Assembly (NCBI GenBank): GCA_945862325.1
Contig: CAMAXZ010000019.1
Coordinates: 6,205 to 70,204, forward strand
Origin: Klebsiella pneumoniae
GTDB lineage: Bacteria; Myxococcota_A; UBA796; SXON01
Length of the DNA: 64,000 nt
Direction of reading: 5' to 3'
Shown here: one piece after another, positions 18,702-28,037 of the stretch
Layout of the letters: each line of letters begins with the position of its first letter
Position numbering within the stretch: the first letter of the stretch is position 1
Notes under the pieces: generated by a model
Database searches by the model: none
What the model was told of the DNA's origin: nothing
The model's input: only the letters and a program-made list of their open reading frames with translations
Program-made: the position numbers and the translations under genes

Positions 18702-21257
18702 TCAGCAGCCATTCGGCAGGCCCGGAGTGCCACGATCGCCGCTGCCGTAGGTGGTGGTGGCGGTGCACCACCCCGAGGCGCTGTTGTTGCCCGTCGCGCT
18801 GAACGACGTGCTCCGCAGCTCCGCCGAGTAGCCGCTGCCGCCGAAGAAGCTCGACAGGTAGTACACCTCGTCGACGGTGACCCCGGCCACGGCCAGGATG
18901 ATCTCGTCGTCGGCGCCGTTGCCCATCTGGAGGCTGTTGCCGTACCCGTAGTCGGACGCGATGCCACCGTTGGCGGAGCTCGACGCGTTGCGCGTGAGCA
19001 CCGCGTACTCTCCGGCCCCGACGTACACGTCGCCTGACACCGTGGTCGTGTCGGTACCCGCGTCGCGGAGGGTCCAACCACAGAGGTTGATGTCGGTCGA
19101 CGACGCGTTGTAGACCTCGAAGTACTCGCCGTTCTCGTCGAGCACCGCGCTCGGATCGCGCATGATCTCGGTGATGAACAGCTCGCCGGCGGTCATGACG
19201 CCCTCGTCGCAGACGCCGTCGCAGTCGTTGTCCGCGCCGTCGCGCGCCTCGGTGCCGTCGGGGTTGGCGGTGTCGTCGGTGTCGTCGCAGTCGTCCGCGA
19301 GGGCGTACCCGTCCTCGTCCTGATCGTCGTCGTTTCCGTCACAGTCTTCGTCGACGCCGTTGTACCAGACCTCGGCCGCCGCGGGGTTGACGGACGCGTC
19401 GGTGTCGTCGCAGTCGCCCGCGTAGGTGTACCCGTCTTCGTCGCGATCGGTGTCGTTCCCGTCGCAGTCTTCGTCCACGCCGTTGTACCAGACCTCGGCG
19501 GCGCCGGGGTTCTGGCTGGCGTCGAGATCGTCGCAGTCGACGGTGTAGTCGTAGCCGTCTTCGTCGCGGTCGTCGTCGTTCCCGTCGCAGTCTTCGTCGG
19601 TGCCGTTGTACCAGATCTCGGTGGCGCCTGGGTTTTCATCCGCGTCGGTGTCGTCGCAGTCGACGGTGTACGCGTATCCGTCTTCGTCGCGATCGGTGTC
19701 GTTGCCGTCGCAATCTTCGTCTGTCCCGTTGTACCAGATCTCGGCGGCGCCGGGGTTCGTGTCGTCGTCGGTGTCGTCGCAGTCGACGCCGTACGCGTAC
19801 CCGTCTTCGTCGCGATCGTCGTCGTTTCCGTCGCAGTCTTCGTCGGTGCCGTTGTACCAGACCTCGGTGGCGCTCGGGTTGACGGACGCGTTGGTGTCGT
19901 CGCAGTCGACGGTGTAATCGAACCCGTCCGAGTCCTGATCGTCGTCCGTACCGTCACAGTCCTCGTCGGTACCGTTGTACCAGACCTCGGCGGCGCTCGG
20001 ATTGACGGATGCGTCGGTGTCGTCGCAGTCGACGGAGTAGTCGAAGCCGTCTTCGTCGCGATCGGTGTCGTTCCCGTCGCAGTTTTCGTCGGTGCCGTTG
20101 TACCAGATCTCCGCGGCGTCCGGGTTCACGGTGGCGGCGGTGTCGTTGCAGTCGACGCTCACGGCGAAGCCGTCACCGTCTTGATCGTCGTCGTTTCCGT
20201 CGCAGTCCTGGTCGACGCCGTCGTACCAGACCTCGGCGGCGTCGGGGCTGCGCGAGGCGTCGTCGTCGTCGCAGTCCTCCGCGAAGTCGACGCCGTCGCC
20301 GTCGCGGTCGTCGTCGCGACCATCACAGTCTTCGTCGACCCCGTTGTACCAGACCTCGGTGGCGTCGGGGCGGATGTCCGCGTCCGTGTCGTCGCAGTCG
20401 CCGTCGATCTCCGCCCAACCGTCCCCGTCGTCGTCCACGAGCGCGGTCCCGTCGTCCACGAGGTCGTTGCAATCGTTGTCCGCGCCGTCCGCCAGCTCGG
20501 GGGCGCCCGGGTACGTGTCCGGGTTCGCGTCGTCGCAATCGCCGTCGCACGCCGTCACGCCGTCTTCGTCGAGATCGTCGTCGTCGCAGCCCTCCACGGT
20601 CACGCGCGACCCACACACGTCCACCCGGCCGCCGGGGTCCGTCACGGTGAGCGTGAGTGTGTGGGCACCCGGGGTGAGGGTGAGGTCGAAGCCCGACACC
20701 GCGCCGGAGGAGGTTGGCGACCCGGCCCAGAGCTGACCGTCGACGTCACTCGACAGCACGCCGGTCAGCGCCGCCGGATCCGACTCGGCGTCGGTCGCGG
20801 TCGCTTCGAACGGAATGACGCCCTCCACGCCCCAGACGCTCCCGTCCTCGGGGCTGTCGATCGAGCACGCCGGCGGCGAGTTCGTCGTCGGCGACACGGT
20901 GATCGTGGCCTCGCCGGACTGTCCGCCCGGATCGACCACGGTCACGCTGAGGGTGTGCGCGCCGCCCGCGCTCAGGGACACGGTCAGCCCGGCGTTCCCG
21001 CCCTCGCAGCTCTCGGGCACGCCCGTGCCCTCCCACAAGAGGCCGTCCACGGAGCTCTGGAACACCATCGCGAGGGCGCCGAGATCCTCCTCGTCGCTGA
21101 CCTGCGCACACAGGACCAGCGGCTCCCCCGCGTCGAACGTCGCGCCGTCGAGGGGCGACACGATGTCCACCTGGGGGGGGCGATCCGCCTTGCCGAGCGT
21201 CGCGTCGTTGCACCCGAGAGCGCCGAGCGCGAGGAGGGGGACGAGGGGGCGCGTCAT
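18702..21257 (-). CDS. Lipoprotein with Ig-like domains, 11 putative metal-binding (MopE-related) repeats and C-terminal lamin-tail-like domain
   Basis: LGALGC lipobox; two Ig-like units; DxDxDG..DCDD..P...E.WYNG.DEDCDG repeats; ITEIMRDP..GEYFEVYN..GTPGLPN. Confidence 0.85.
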   Translation of the reverse strand: MTRPLVPLLALGALGCNDATLGKADRPPQVDIVSPLDGATFDAGEPLVLCAQVSDEEDLGALAMVFQSSVDGLLWEGTGVPESCEGGNAGLTVSLSAGGAHTLSVTVVDPGGQSGEATITVSPTTNSPPACSIDSPEDGSVWGVEGVIPFEATATDAESDPAALTGVLSSDVDGQLWAGSPTSSGAVSGFDLTLTPGAHTLTLTVTDPGGRVDVCGSRVTVEGCDDDDLDEDGVTACDGDCDDANPDTYPGAPELADGADNDCNDLVDDGTALVDDDGDGWAEIDGDCDDTDADIRPDATEVWYNGVDEDCDGRDDDRDGDGVDFAEDCDDDDASRSPDAAEVWYDGVDQDCDGNDDDQDGDGFAVSVDCNDTAATVNPDAAEIWYNGTDENCDGNDTDRDEDGFDYSVDCDDTDASVNPSAAEVWYNGTDEDCDGTDDDQDSDGFDYTVDCDDTNASVNPSATEVWYNGTDEDCDGNDDDRDEDGYAYGVDCDDTDDDTNPGAAEIWYNGTDEDCDGNDTDRDEDGYAYTVDCDDTDADENPGATEIWYNGTDEDCDGNDDDRDEDGYDYTVDCDDLDASQNPGAAEVWYNGVDEDCDGNDTDRDEDGYTYAGDCDDTDASVNPAAAEVWYNGVDEDCDGNDDDQDEDGYALADDCDDTDDTANPDGTEARDGADNDCDGVCDEGVMTAGELFITEIMRDPSAVLDENGEYFEVYNASSTDINLCGWTLRDAGTDTTTVSGDVYVGAGEYAVLTRNASSSANGGIASDYGYGNSLQMGNGADDEIILAVAGVTVDEVYYLSSFFGGSGYSAELRSTSFSATGNNSASGWCTATTTYGSGDRGTPGLPNGC
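19200..20580 (-). repeat. Intragenic tandem repeat, about 123 nt (41 aa) x 11
   Basis: Units such as DRDEDGFDYSVDCDDTDASVNPSAAEVWYNGTDEDCDGTDD; synonymous and amino-acid variation between copies. Confidence 0.9.
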
Positions 21258-21359
21258 GAAGGCTCCGTGCGGCTGGCGGGATAGCCGAGGATCGGGCAGG
21301 TCGCGAGCGACGGTTCCGTGTCGAGGGCTCCGCGAACGGGTTCGCGGTACGATGCGCGC

Positions 21360-22430
21360 ATGGACGCGAAGCCAACGTCGTGGTGGGCCAGGTGGTTCGG
21401 GTGGGGCGGGCGCGGGTCGACGCCTCCGGCGTTGGCGACGCCCCGTGCCACGCCGCCCACCCCGCGCGTGGTCGGGCCGCTGCCGACGCCGGCGGATCTC
21501 GCGGCGCTCCCGTCGCGCACGCCGGTCGCGGCGCCGTGGCACGGGGTCGAGGCGCCGCCGTCGTCGGACGCCGACGTGGTGCGGACCGCGCTCCTCCAGC
21601 GGCTCTACCACGAGCTCGATCGGGCGCCGTCGGAGGGAGATCGCACCTTTCTGAACCGCGTCGTCCGCGACTGCGGGGCCGCGCGGCTCGAGCTGCCGCT
21701 GTTCCCGGACGCGGCGATCCGGCTCGATCGACTGCTCCGCGCGGGCGATCCGCCCGTGTCGGAGGTCGCGGCGCTGGTTCGTCGCGAGACGGATCTCGTC
21801 CGCCGCGTCTGGCAGCACGCCTCCGGCGCGGCGTACCGCGGACAACCCCCGTCCACCCTCGATCAAGCCATCGTGCGCGTCGGCTTCGAGTCGCTCTGGC
21901 GCATCGGCATGAGCGCGTGCGTCAACGGGCCCGTGTTCCGGGTGCGCGGGTTCCAGGACCAGGCGAACCGCGCCCGCGCCTGCGCCATCGTCGCGAGCGA
22001 GGTCGCGCACACCGTCGGCGCCTGGCATCCGGACGCGTACCTCTCGGGCCTGCTCCACGGCGTGGGCAAGCTGGTGTTCTACCGATGCGCCGTCGTCAAG
22101 CCGCCGGCGCCGGTGCCGGACCCCGCGCGCGTCGAGCGCCTCGCGCACGCGCTGCACCCCTGGGTGGGGGTGCTCGTCGCCGACGCCTGGGGCTTCTCGC
22201 CGGGCGTCGGGGCCGGCATCGCGTACTGGCCGAACGTGGAGGCGTGCCCCGAGGCCTGGCGGGACGTGGCGCGGGTCGTTCGCGTGGCGAGCATCGCGGC
22301 GGAGACGACCGCCGAGGCGCGCGCCGGGCGGGACTGCGGCGGCCTCGCCGCCCTCGCGGAGATCGAGGGGGTCGACCCGGCGAAGGTGCTCTCCCTGGCG
22401 GACGCGGCGTGGGCGGGGGTCGCGCGCTGA
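21360..22430 (+). CDS. HDOD domain protein
   Basis: LELPLFPDAA, TLDQAIVRVG, YLSGLLHGVGKL, ADAWGF. Confidence 0.85.
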   Translation: MDAKPTSWWARWFGWGGRGSTPPALATPRATPPTPRVVGPLPTPADLAALPSRTPVAAPWHGVEAPPSSDADVVRTALLQRLYHELDRAPSEGDRTFLNRVVRDCGAARLELPLFPDAAIRLDRLLRAGDPPVSEVAALVRRETDLVRRVWQHASGAAYRGQPPSTLDQAIVRVGFESLWRIGMSACVNGPVFRVRGFQDQANRARACAIVASEVAHTVGAWHPDAYLSGLLHGVGKLVFYRCAVVKPPAPVPDPARVERLAHALHPWVGVLVADAWGFSPGVGAGIAYWPNVEACPEAWRDVARVVRVASIAAETTAEARAGRDCGGLAALAEIEGVDPAKVLSLADAAWAGVAR

Positions 22431-22442
22431 GGCGCGGCGCCC

Positions 22443-22802
22443 TCACAGCTCGCTGGACTTCTCGAGCCGCCCGCGGGCGCGTTCGACCGGGTACTTCTCC
22501 GCGTTCTTGGCAATCTTCCGCTCCGTCGCGGCCACGAGGTCGACCCCGGCCGCCTCGCAGAGGTTCAACAGCGAGATGAGCACGTCCGCCGCCTCTTCCT
22601 CCACCTGACCGCTCCGCGATGCCACCGGCGGCTGCGGGCCGGTGTCGCTCGACCACAGGTACAGGGCGAGGAGCTCGTTCGCCTCGACGGACACCGCCAT
22701 CGCGAGGTTCCGCGGGCTGTGGTAGCGGCCCCATTCGCGTTCGAGGTTGAAGGCGCGCAAGCGGGACCGTAGAGCGGAGAGGGGGGTGTCGTCGTCGGAC
22801 AT
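22443..22802 (-). CDS. MazG-like nucleotide pyrophosphohydrolase (dCTPP1-like)
   Basis: F..EREW..YHSPRNLAMAVSVEANEL, EEAADV, KIAKNAEKYP. Confidence 0.9.
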   Translation of the reverse strand: MSDDDTPLSALRSRLRAFNLEREWGRYHSPRNLAMAVSVEANELLALYLWSSDTGPQPPVASRSGQVEEEAADVLISLLNLCEAAGVDLVAATERKIAKNAEKYPVERARGRLEKSSEL

Positions 22803-22825
22803 GCCCTGCAGGTAGCATCCCGCCC

Positions 22826-23893
22826 ATGTCCGCACCGCTCGCCGCGCTCCTGCTCCTCGCCGCGTGCGCCGCGCCCGAGGCGCCTCTACAGGCGCGATGG
22901 GTCGCAGCGGTCGACGGCGACGACGCGGCGCGCGCCGCGGTGGGGCTCGCGTGGTCCTGGGCGCTCCTGGGCGGGGCGGCCCCCGCGCCCACCACCGAGG
23001 GCGGTGACCGCGCCACCTTCACGATCGATCCCGACGCGCTCGGCCTCGACGCCCGGGCGTCCGAGGCGCTCGCCGCCGCCCTCGGACCCCTGCGCGCGTC
23101 CGACGAGCACGCCACCACCGGCGCGGTCGACCTCGGGCGGCTCCTCGCGTACACGCTCCACAGCCCGGGCCGGTACTACGCGATCACCGGTGCGTGCGCG
23201 ACGGTGTCCGACTGGCAGGCCACGCGGCTCGGCGCGGTGGACGCCGACGTCACGGTCACCCGCTCGCTCCTCGTCGACGGGCCGCGGGCGGTGCGGTGGA
23301 GCGTCGCGCGCCCGGCGCTGAGCGCCACGGTCGACGGGGTCGAGCACGAGGTCGTGGACGGCATGGCCAACGGCGTCGCGCGCTACGCCGTCTACGGGGC
23401 CGACGGCGGTCTGGCGCCGTACGCGCTGCACACCGCGGCCGGGCAGCCGGGGCGGTGCGCGTGGTGCCACGAGCGCGGGCTCCAGCGCCCGGCGGACAGC
23501 GATCCGGAGTGGGCGAGGATGGACGTCGCCTTCGACGCGATCGAGGCGCGCATGTGGGCGACGTCTCGCGCCGCGGGGGTACCCGTGGACGACCCGCTGG
23601 CGCACGAGGAGGGGGAGCGGATCGTCCTCGACTTCCTCGAGCCCACGGCGCGCCGCGTCGCGGCGGAGTGGGGGGTGTCGGTAGCGTCGGTCGTCGCCCT
23701 CGATCTGCCGACCCACGTCAACGACGAGTATCCGGACTCCGGACTTCGCTTTCGACGCGCCGACGTCGACGCCGCCGACCCGCGCGGCATCGCGCACCTC
23801 GCGACGGTGGCCGACGGGAGGGGGGCCGACCCCGCGGCCACGCTCGAGGGCGCCGAGGAGCTCGGGCCCTGCCCCGACGACGGCGACGAGTAG
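22826..23893 (+). CDS. Lipoprotein with one CxxCH motif (possible c-type cytochrome)
   Basis: LLLAAC lipobox; GQPGRCAWCHE. Confidence 0.65.
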   Translation: MSAPLAALLLLAACAAPEAPLQARWVAAVDGDDAARAAVGLAWSWALLGGAAPAPTTEGGDRATFTIDPDALGLDARASEALAAALGPLRASDEHATTGAVDLGRLLAYTLHSPGRYYAITGACATVSDWQATRLGAVDADVTVTRSLLVDGPRAVRWSVARPALSATVDGVEHEVVDGMANGVARYAVYGADGGLAPYALHTAAGQPGRCAWCHERGLQRPADSDPEWARMDVAFDAIEARMWATSRAAGVPVDDPLAHEEGERIVLDFLEPTARRVAAEWGVSVASVVALDLPTHVNDEYPDSGLRFRRADVDAADPRGIAHLATVADGRGADPAATLEGAEELGPCPDDGDE

Positions 23894-23928
23894 GCACGGG
23901 CCACACACGGCGTTACACGCTCGTCACC

Positions 23929-24900
23929 GTGCGCACCCCGGTCAGCTGGCTCATTCCCGTGCGAGACGGCGCGCAGTGGCTCGGAGAGGCCGTTCGCAGC
24001 GCCCTCGCCGACTCGCACCCCCACGACGAGGTCGTCGTCGTCGACGACGGCAGTCGTGACGATCCCGCCTCCGCGCTCCCGGACGATCCCCGGGTCCGGC
24101 TGGTCGTCCAGCCGCCGTCGGGCATCGTCGCCGCGCTCGAGCACGGGCGCCGCCTCGCGCGCGCCCCGTACATCGCGCGCCTCGACTGCGACGATCTGAG
24201 CCTCCCCGGCCGGCTCGACGCGCAGGTCGCCGCGTTGGACGCCGAACCGCGGCTCGCCGTCGTCGGGGGGCGCGCGCTGTCGGACGGCCTCCCCGAGGGC
24301 ATGCGCCGCTACGTCGAGTGGGTGAACGGCCTGAGCGACCTCCACCGGGAGATCCTCGTCGAAAGCCCTCTGTTCCACCCCGGCACGCTGATCCGGGCCG
24401 CCGCCCTCGCGGACGTCGGGGGCTATCGCCAGGGCGACTTCCCGGAAGACTACGACCTCTGGCTCCGCCTCGCCGTCGGGTGGCGCCTCGGCGCCGTGGC
24501 GCACGACGTCGTGGCCTGGCGCGACCGCCCGGGGCGCCTGACCCGGACGGACCCCCGCTACGCCCGGCCGGCGTTCGCGTCGATCAAGCGGGCCTACGTG
24601 CGCGACGCCGTGCTCCGGCAGCCCGCCCGCGTCGTCGTGTGGGGGGCCGGTCAGGAGGGCACGCCGTGGGTGCGGTGGCTGGTGGGGGAGGGGCACACGG
24701 TGGTGGCCGCGCTCGACATCAAGCCGGGCACCACGCGCCACGGGGTGCCGATCGTCTCGCCGGAAGCGCTCCCAGGGTTGAGCTTCGAGCGGCTCTTCGT
24801 GGCCGTGGGGGCCCGCGGTGCCCGCGACGAGATCCGCGCGCGCATCGCCGACATGCGCCCCGACCTGAGCGAGGGCCGCGACTGGTGGGCGGTCGCGTGA
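23929..24900 (+). CDS. GT2 glycosyltransferase
   Basis: SWLIPVRD, VVVDDGS, IARLDCDD, EDYDLWLR; C-terminal VVVWGAG. Confidence 0.9.
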   Translation: MRTPVSWLIPVRDGAQWLGEAVRSALADSHPHDEVVVVDDGSRDDPASALPDDPRVRLVVQPPSGIVAALEHGRRLARAPYIARLDCDDLSLPGRLDAQVAALDAEPRLAVVGGRALSDGLPEGMRRYVEWVNGLSDLHREILVESPLFHPGTLIRAAALADVGGYRQGDFPEDYDLWLRLAVGWRLGAVAHDVVAWRDRPGRLTRTDPRYARPAFASIKRAYVRDAVLRQPARVVVWGAGQEGTPWVRWLVGEGHTVVAALDIKPGTTRHGVPIVSPEALPGLSFERLFVAVGARGARDEIRARIADMRPDLSEGRDWWAVA

Positions 24901-24969
24901 CAATGGGGTAGAGCCCGCGCCCTGCGGAGCCGCCGTGTCGCACCCCCGTCCGCATCCGACGACGAGCCG

Positions 24970-26412
24970 ATGCCGCTGAACGGCGCCGATCCGGCGCGGC
25001 TCGCGGTCGTCGACATCGGGTCGAACACCGCCAGCCTCGCGGTCTACGCCGCCAGCCGGGCCGGCTCGATCGACCGCGTGGCGGACCGGTCGGAGCCGCT
25101 CCGGCTGATCCGCCGCCTCGGCGCCGACGGTCGCTTCCCGGCCGCCGCGATCGACCGCACGCTCGACACCGTCGCCGGCTTCGTCGACGTCGCGAAGGCC
25201 CACGGCGCGAGCACGATCGAGGTGGTGGCCACGTCCGCCGTGCGCGACGCCCGCAACGGCGAGGAGCTCGCGCAGCGCTTCCGATCGCGGCTCGGCCTGC
25301 GCATGCGCGTGCTCGACGGCCCCGCCGAAGGCGTGTGCGCGGCGACCAGCTCGGTCAACACCCTCCCGCTCGACGACGGCTTCGTGATCGACCTCGGCGG
25401 CGGCTCCCTGCAGATCGTCGAGGTCAAGGATCGCCGGGTCCTGCGCTCGGTGTCCCTGCCGCTCGGCGCGCTCCGTCTCACCGACCAGTTCAAGACCGAA
25501 GGCCTGCCGTCGCCCGCGCAGCTCACCGCCCTTCGTCGCCACGTGCTCGAGCAGCTGCGCAGCGTGCCGTGGTTCCACCGCAGCGGCACGCTCGTGGGCG
25601 TCGGCGGCACGATCCGCGCCATCGCCAAGACCGAGCGCCGGGATCGCCTGTGGCCGATCCGCCACGGGCATGGCTACCGGCTCACGGACGACGCCGTGGA
25701 GACCGTCTGGGAGCTCGTCAGTCGGACCGACGCGCTGCGGCGCAAAGAGATCCCGGGGCTGAGCCCACACCGCGTGGAGGTCATCGTCGCGGGGACCCTC
25801 GTGGTCAACTGGGCGATGCGGGTCAGCGGCTTCGCGGAGCTGCGCACGTCCAGCTACGGCGTGCGCGAGGGCGTGGCCCTCCAGCGCTTGTTCGGCGGCG
25901 AGGAGCCGATGGTGCCGGACCGCCGGCGCGCCGGGCTGCTCGGCCGCTTCCCGGGTTCGCCCGACGAACACACGCGCGCCGGAGAGGTCGCCGCTGCCGC
26001 CGGCCGCCTGTTCGACGTGGTGGCGCCCACGGTGGATCTGCCGGCGTCCTTGCGCGCGGCCACGGTGTCGGCGGCTTACATCCGCGCCCTGCCGCCGCTC
26101 CCGTCGCGGTCGGACCCCGTCGAGGTGCTGCTCGACGCTCCCTTCCAGGGACACTGGCAGGAAGACACGCTCGTCGTCGCCGACCTCCTGTGTGGTGTAC
26201 CCAGGTTCCATCTCGATCCATGGCCGCACCAGCGCCTGCGGGCGCTCCTCGACGTGGCCGCGGGCGTGACCGGTGAGCTTCGGGCGCAGGTCCGGGAAGG
26301 CACCGTGATCGTCCAGGGCGCGCGATGCGCGGACGACGTGGGCCGCCGCTTCGCGGCGGCCTTCGGACGGGCGCTCGTGCTCTCCTCGCAAGGCGGGGCG
26401 ACGATCGGCTAA
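24970..26412 (+). CDS. ppx: Ppx/GppA-family exopolyphosphatase
   Basis: VVDIGSNT, ATSAVRDARN, IDLGGGSLQ, SLPLGA, GVGGTIR, GVREG; the C-terminal HD-like part looks degenerate. Confidence 0.88.
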   Translation: MPLNGADPARLAVVDIGSNTASLAVYAASRAGSIDRVADRSEPLRLIRRLGADGRFPAAAIDRTLDTVAGFVDVAKAHGASTIEVVATSAVRDARNGEELAQRFRSRLGLRMRVLDGPAEGVCAATSSVNTLPLDDGFVIDLGGGSLQIVEVKDRRVLRSVSLPLGALRLTDQFKTEGLPSPAQLTALRRHVLEQLRSVPWFHRSGTLVGVGGTIRAIAKTERRDRLWPIRHGHGYRLTDDAVETVWELVSRTDALRRKEIPGLSPHRVEVIVAGTLVVNWAMRVSGFAELRTSSYGVREGVALQRLFGGEEPMVPDRRRAGLLGRFPGSPDEHTRAGEVAAAAGRLFDVVAPTVDLPASLRAATVSAAYIRALPPLPSRSDPVEVLLDAPFQGHWQEDTLVVADLLCGVPRFHLDPWPHQRLRALLDVAAGVTGELRAQVREGTVIVQGARCADDVGRRFAAAFGRALVLSSQGGATIG

Positions 26413-26422
26413 GGTGCGCTCC

Positions 26423-26773
26423 GTGCGTCGCCTCACCACCGTCCTCGCCGCCCTCTACGTGGTGCTCGCCACGTTGTCGGCCTCGGTGAACGGCTGGATC
26501 TGCCGCGCGGAGCTCGGTCGTACGCCATGCGCGTGCGACCACTCGGCCGGATTGACCGACGACGACTGCTGCACCCGGCAGTCCGACGACGCGGCCACGG
26601 TCGCGCCGATCGTCCTCGTCGCCCCGTCCGTGCGTGCGCTGGCGCCTGCGCCCGTGGCGCGGTGGGTGCGTGCCGTGCGCGACCCGTCGCCGTCGCCCGC
26701 GGTCGCCGGCCGTCACGAGCCGCGCGCCCCGCCCGTCCCCCGCTTCCTGGCGCTCCGAACCTTGTTGATCTGA
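26423..26773 (+). CDS. Cys/His-rich leader ORF with C-terminal RAPP motif (DUF2946/CruR-like architecture)
   Basis: N-terminal TM/signal, WIC..PCACDH..DDCC, C-terminal HEPRAPP(12 aa)stop; GTG 7 nt after TAAGGT (alternative GTG at 26414). Confidence 0.7.
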   Translation: MRRLTTVLAALYVVLATLSASVNGWICRAELGRTPCACDHSAGLTDDDCCTRQSDDAATVAPIVLVAPSVRALAPAPVARWVRAVRDPSPSPAVAGRHEPRAPPVPRFLALRTLLI

Positions 26774-26840
26774 GCCTCGGGCTCGACGTGTGTCCGCCGT
26801 CGGCGTGAGCCGAACCGCACCCCGTCCCTCCGAGGTTCCT

Positions 26841-28037
26841 GTGTCAACCTGGATTTGTCTTGTTCTTTTCTGCGTCGCCGCGGCGCCTCTCACGCGCGCG
26901 GAGCTCGTGCGCGCCGTCCTCGACGCCCACCCGGAGGCACGTGTCGCCGCGATCGCCCGCGACGCCGCTGCCCTCGACGCCGCGGCGCCGAGCGTCGTGC
27001 CGCCCCTCATGGTCGGGTTGTCCGCCGCGCCGGTGTCCCTCGGGCAACACGCGCCGGGGGTCGCGGTGGACCTCGCGTGGGAGCTCCCGACCGGTGGCAT
27101 GCGTCGCGCCTCCACGGCGGTCGCCTCCGCGGCGGTCGAAGGCGCGTCCGCGGAGGTCGCGATGCGGCGGCTCGCGCTCGCGGCGCGGACGTCGGTCGCG
27201 CTCGACGCCGTCCGCCGATCCGACGCCGCGCTCGCCGTCCTCACGCACCACCGTGACGCCCTCGTGGAGGCCGCGCAGGCCGTCGAACGGCGCGTCGCCG
27301 CAGGGCTCGTCGGGCCCGACGGCGGGCCGATGGCGCGGATGGCGGTGCTCGAAGCCGAGGAGCGCCTCGTCGCGGCGCGCGCGCGCCGCGTGGTCGCGCG
27401 GGCGGAGCTGGGGTCGCTGCTCGTCGGCACGGGGATCGACCTCGAACGCGCGCTGTCGGCCGTCGACCTCGGCGGGTCCGGCCCGTCGTCCGTCGGTGGG
27501 GGCGAGGTGGCGATGGCCGCCGCCGACCTCGCGATGGCCGAGGGGGACGTGCGGATGGCGGTCGCGGACGGGCGGCCGATGATCGAGCTCATGAGCGGGT
27601 ATTCGACGATGTGGGCGGACGTCGGCCACCGGTGGATGGTCGGGGTCGGCGTCGAGGTCCCGCTGGACGGAGCGACCCGGAAGGCCCGGGTCGACGCCGC
27701 GGCGGCGCGCGCGCGCGCCGCCGCCGCGCAGCTCACGAACGAGGAACGACGCCGAGATCTCGCCGTGGCGACGGCGCGCGCGATGGTGGAGGAGGCCGCG
27801 GCGATGGCGCACCTGATGGAGCACGAGATGGCGCCGCTCGCCGCGGAGCGCGCGCGGCTCGCGCGCACGGCGTGGGAAGCGGGCCGCGGGGCGTACGCCG
27901 ATTGGCTGGCCGCGGAGAACGACCGGGTCCACGTGGCGCTTCGCGTGGCGGACGCGGCGCTCGACCGCGCCCGCGCCGAGGCGATGCTGGCGATGGCCGA
28001 GGGGCGCCTCGCCGGCGTCGACGGGGGTTCCCGATGA
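26841..28037 (+). CDS. TolC/CusC-family outer membrane efflux protein
   Basis: Signal peptide, LTRAELVRAVLDAHPE, two OEP-like repeats (DLAWELP / VGVEVPL), first gene of an RND operon. Confidence 0.8.
   Translation: MSTWICLVLFCVAAAPLTRAELVRAVLDAHPEARVAAIARDAAALDAAAPSVVPPLMVGLSAAPVSLGQHAPGVAVDLAWELPTGGMRRASTAVASAAVEGASAEVAMRRLALAARTSVALDAVRRSDAALAVLTHHRDALVEAAQAVERRVAAGLVGPDGGPMARMAVLEAEERLVAARARRVVARAELGSLLVGTGIDLERALSAVDLGGSGPSSVGGGEVAMAAADLAMAEGDVRMAVADGRPMIELMSGYSTMWADVGHRWMVGVGVEVPLDGATRKARVDAAAARARAAAAQLTNEERRRDLAVATARAMVEEAAAMAHLMEHEMAPLAAERARLARTAWEAGRGAYADWLAAENDRVHVALRVADAALDRARAEAMLAMAEGRLAGVDGGSR

Noticed and set aside
18578-19081. Small ORFs at the slyD / repeat-lipoprotein junction
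   Set aside because: They overlap a well-supported gene and have no motifs or start signals
19200-20580. Regularly spaced repeats as a CRISPR array
   Set aside because: In-frame 123-nt coding repeats without unique spacers; no cas genes
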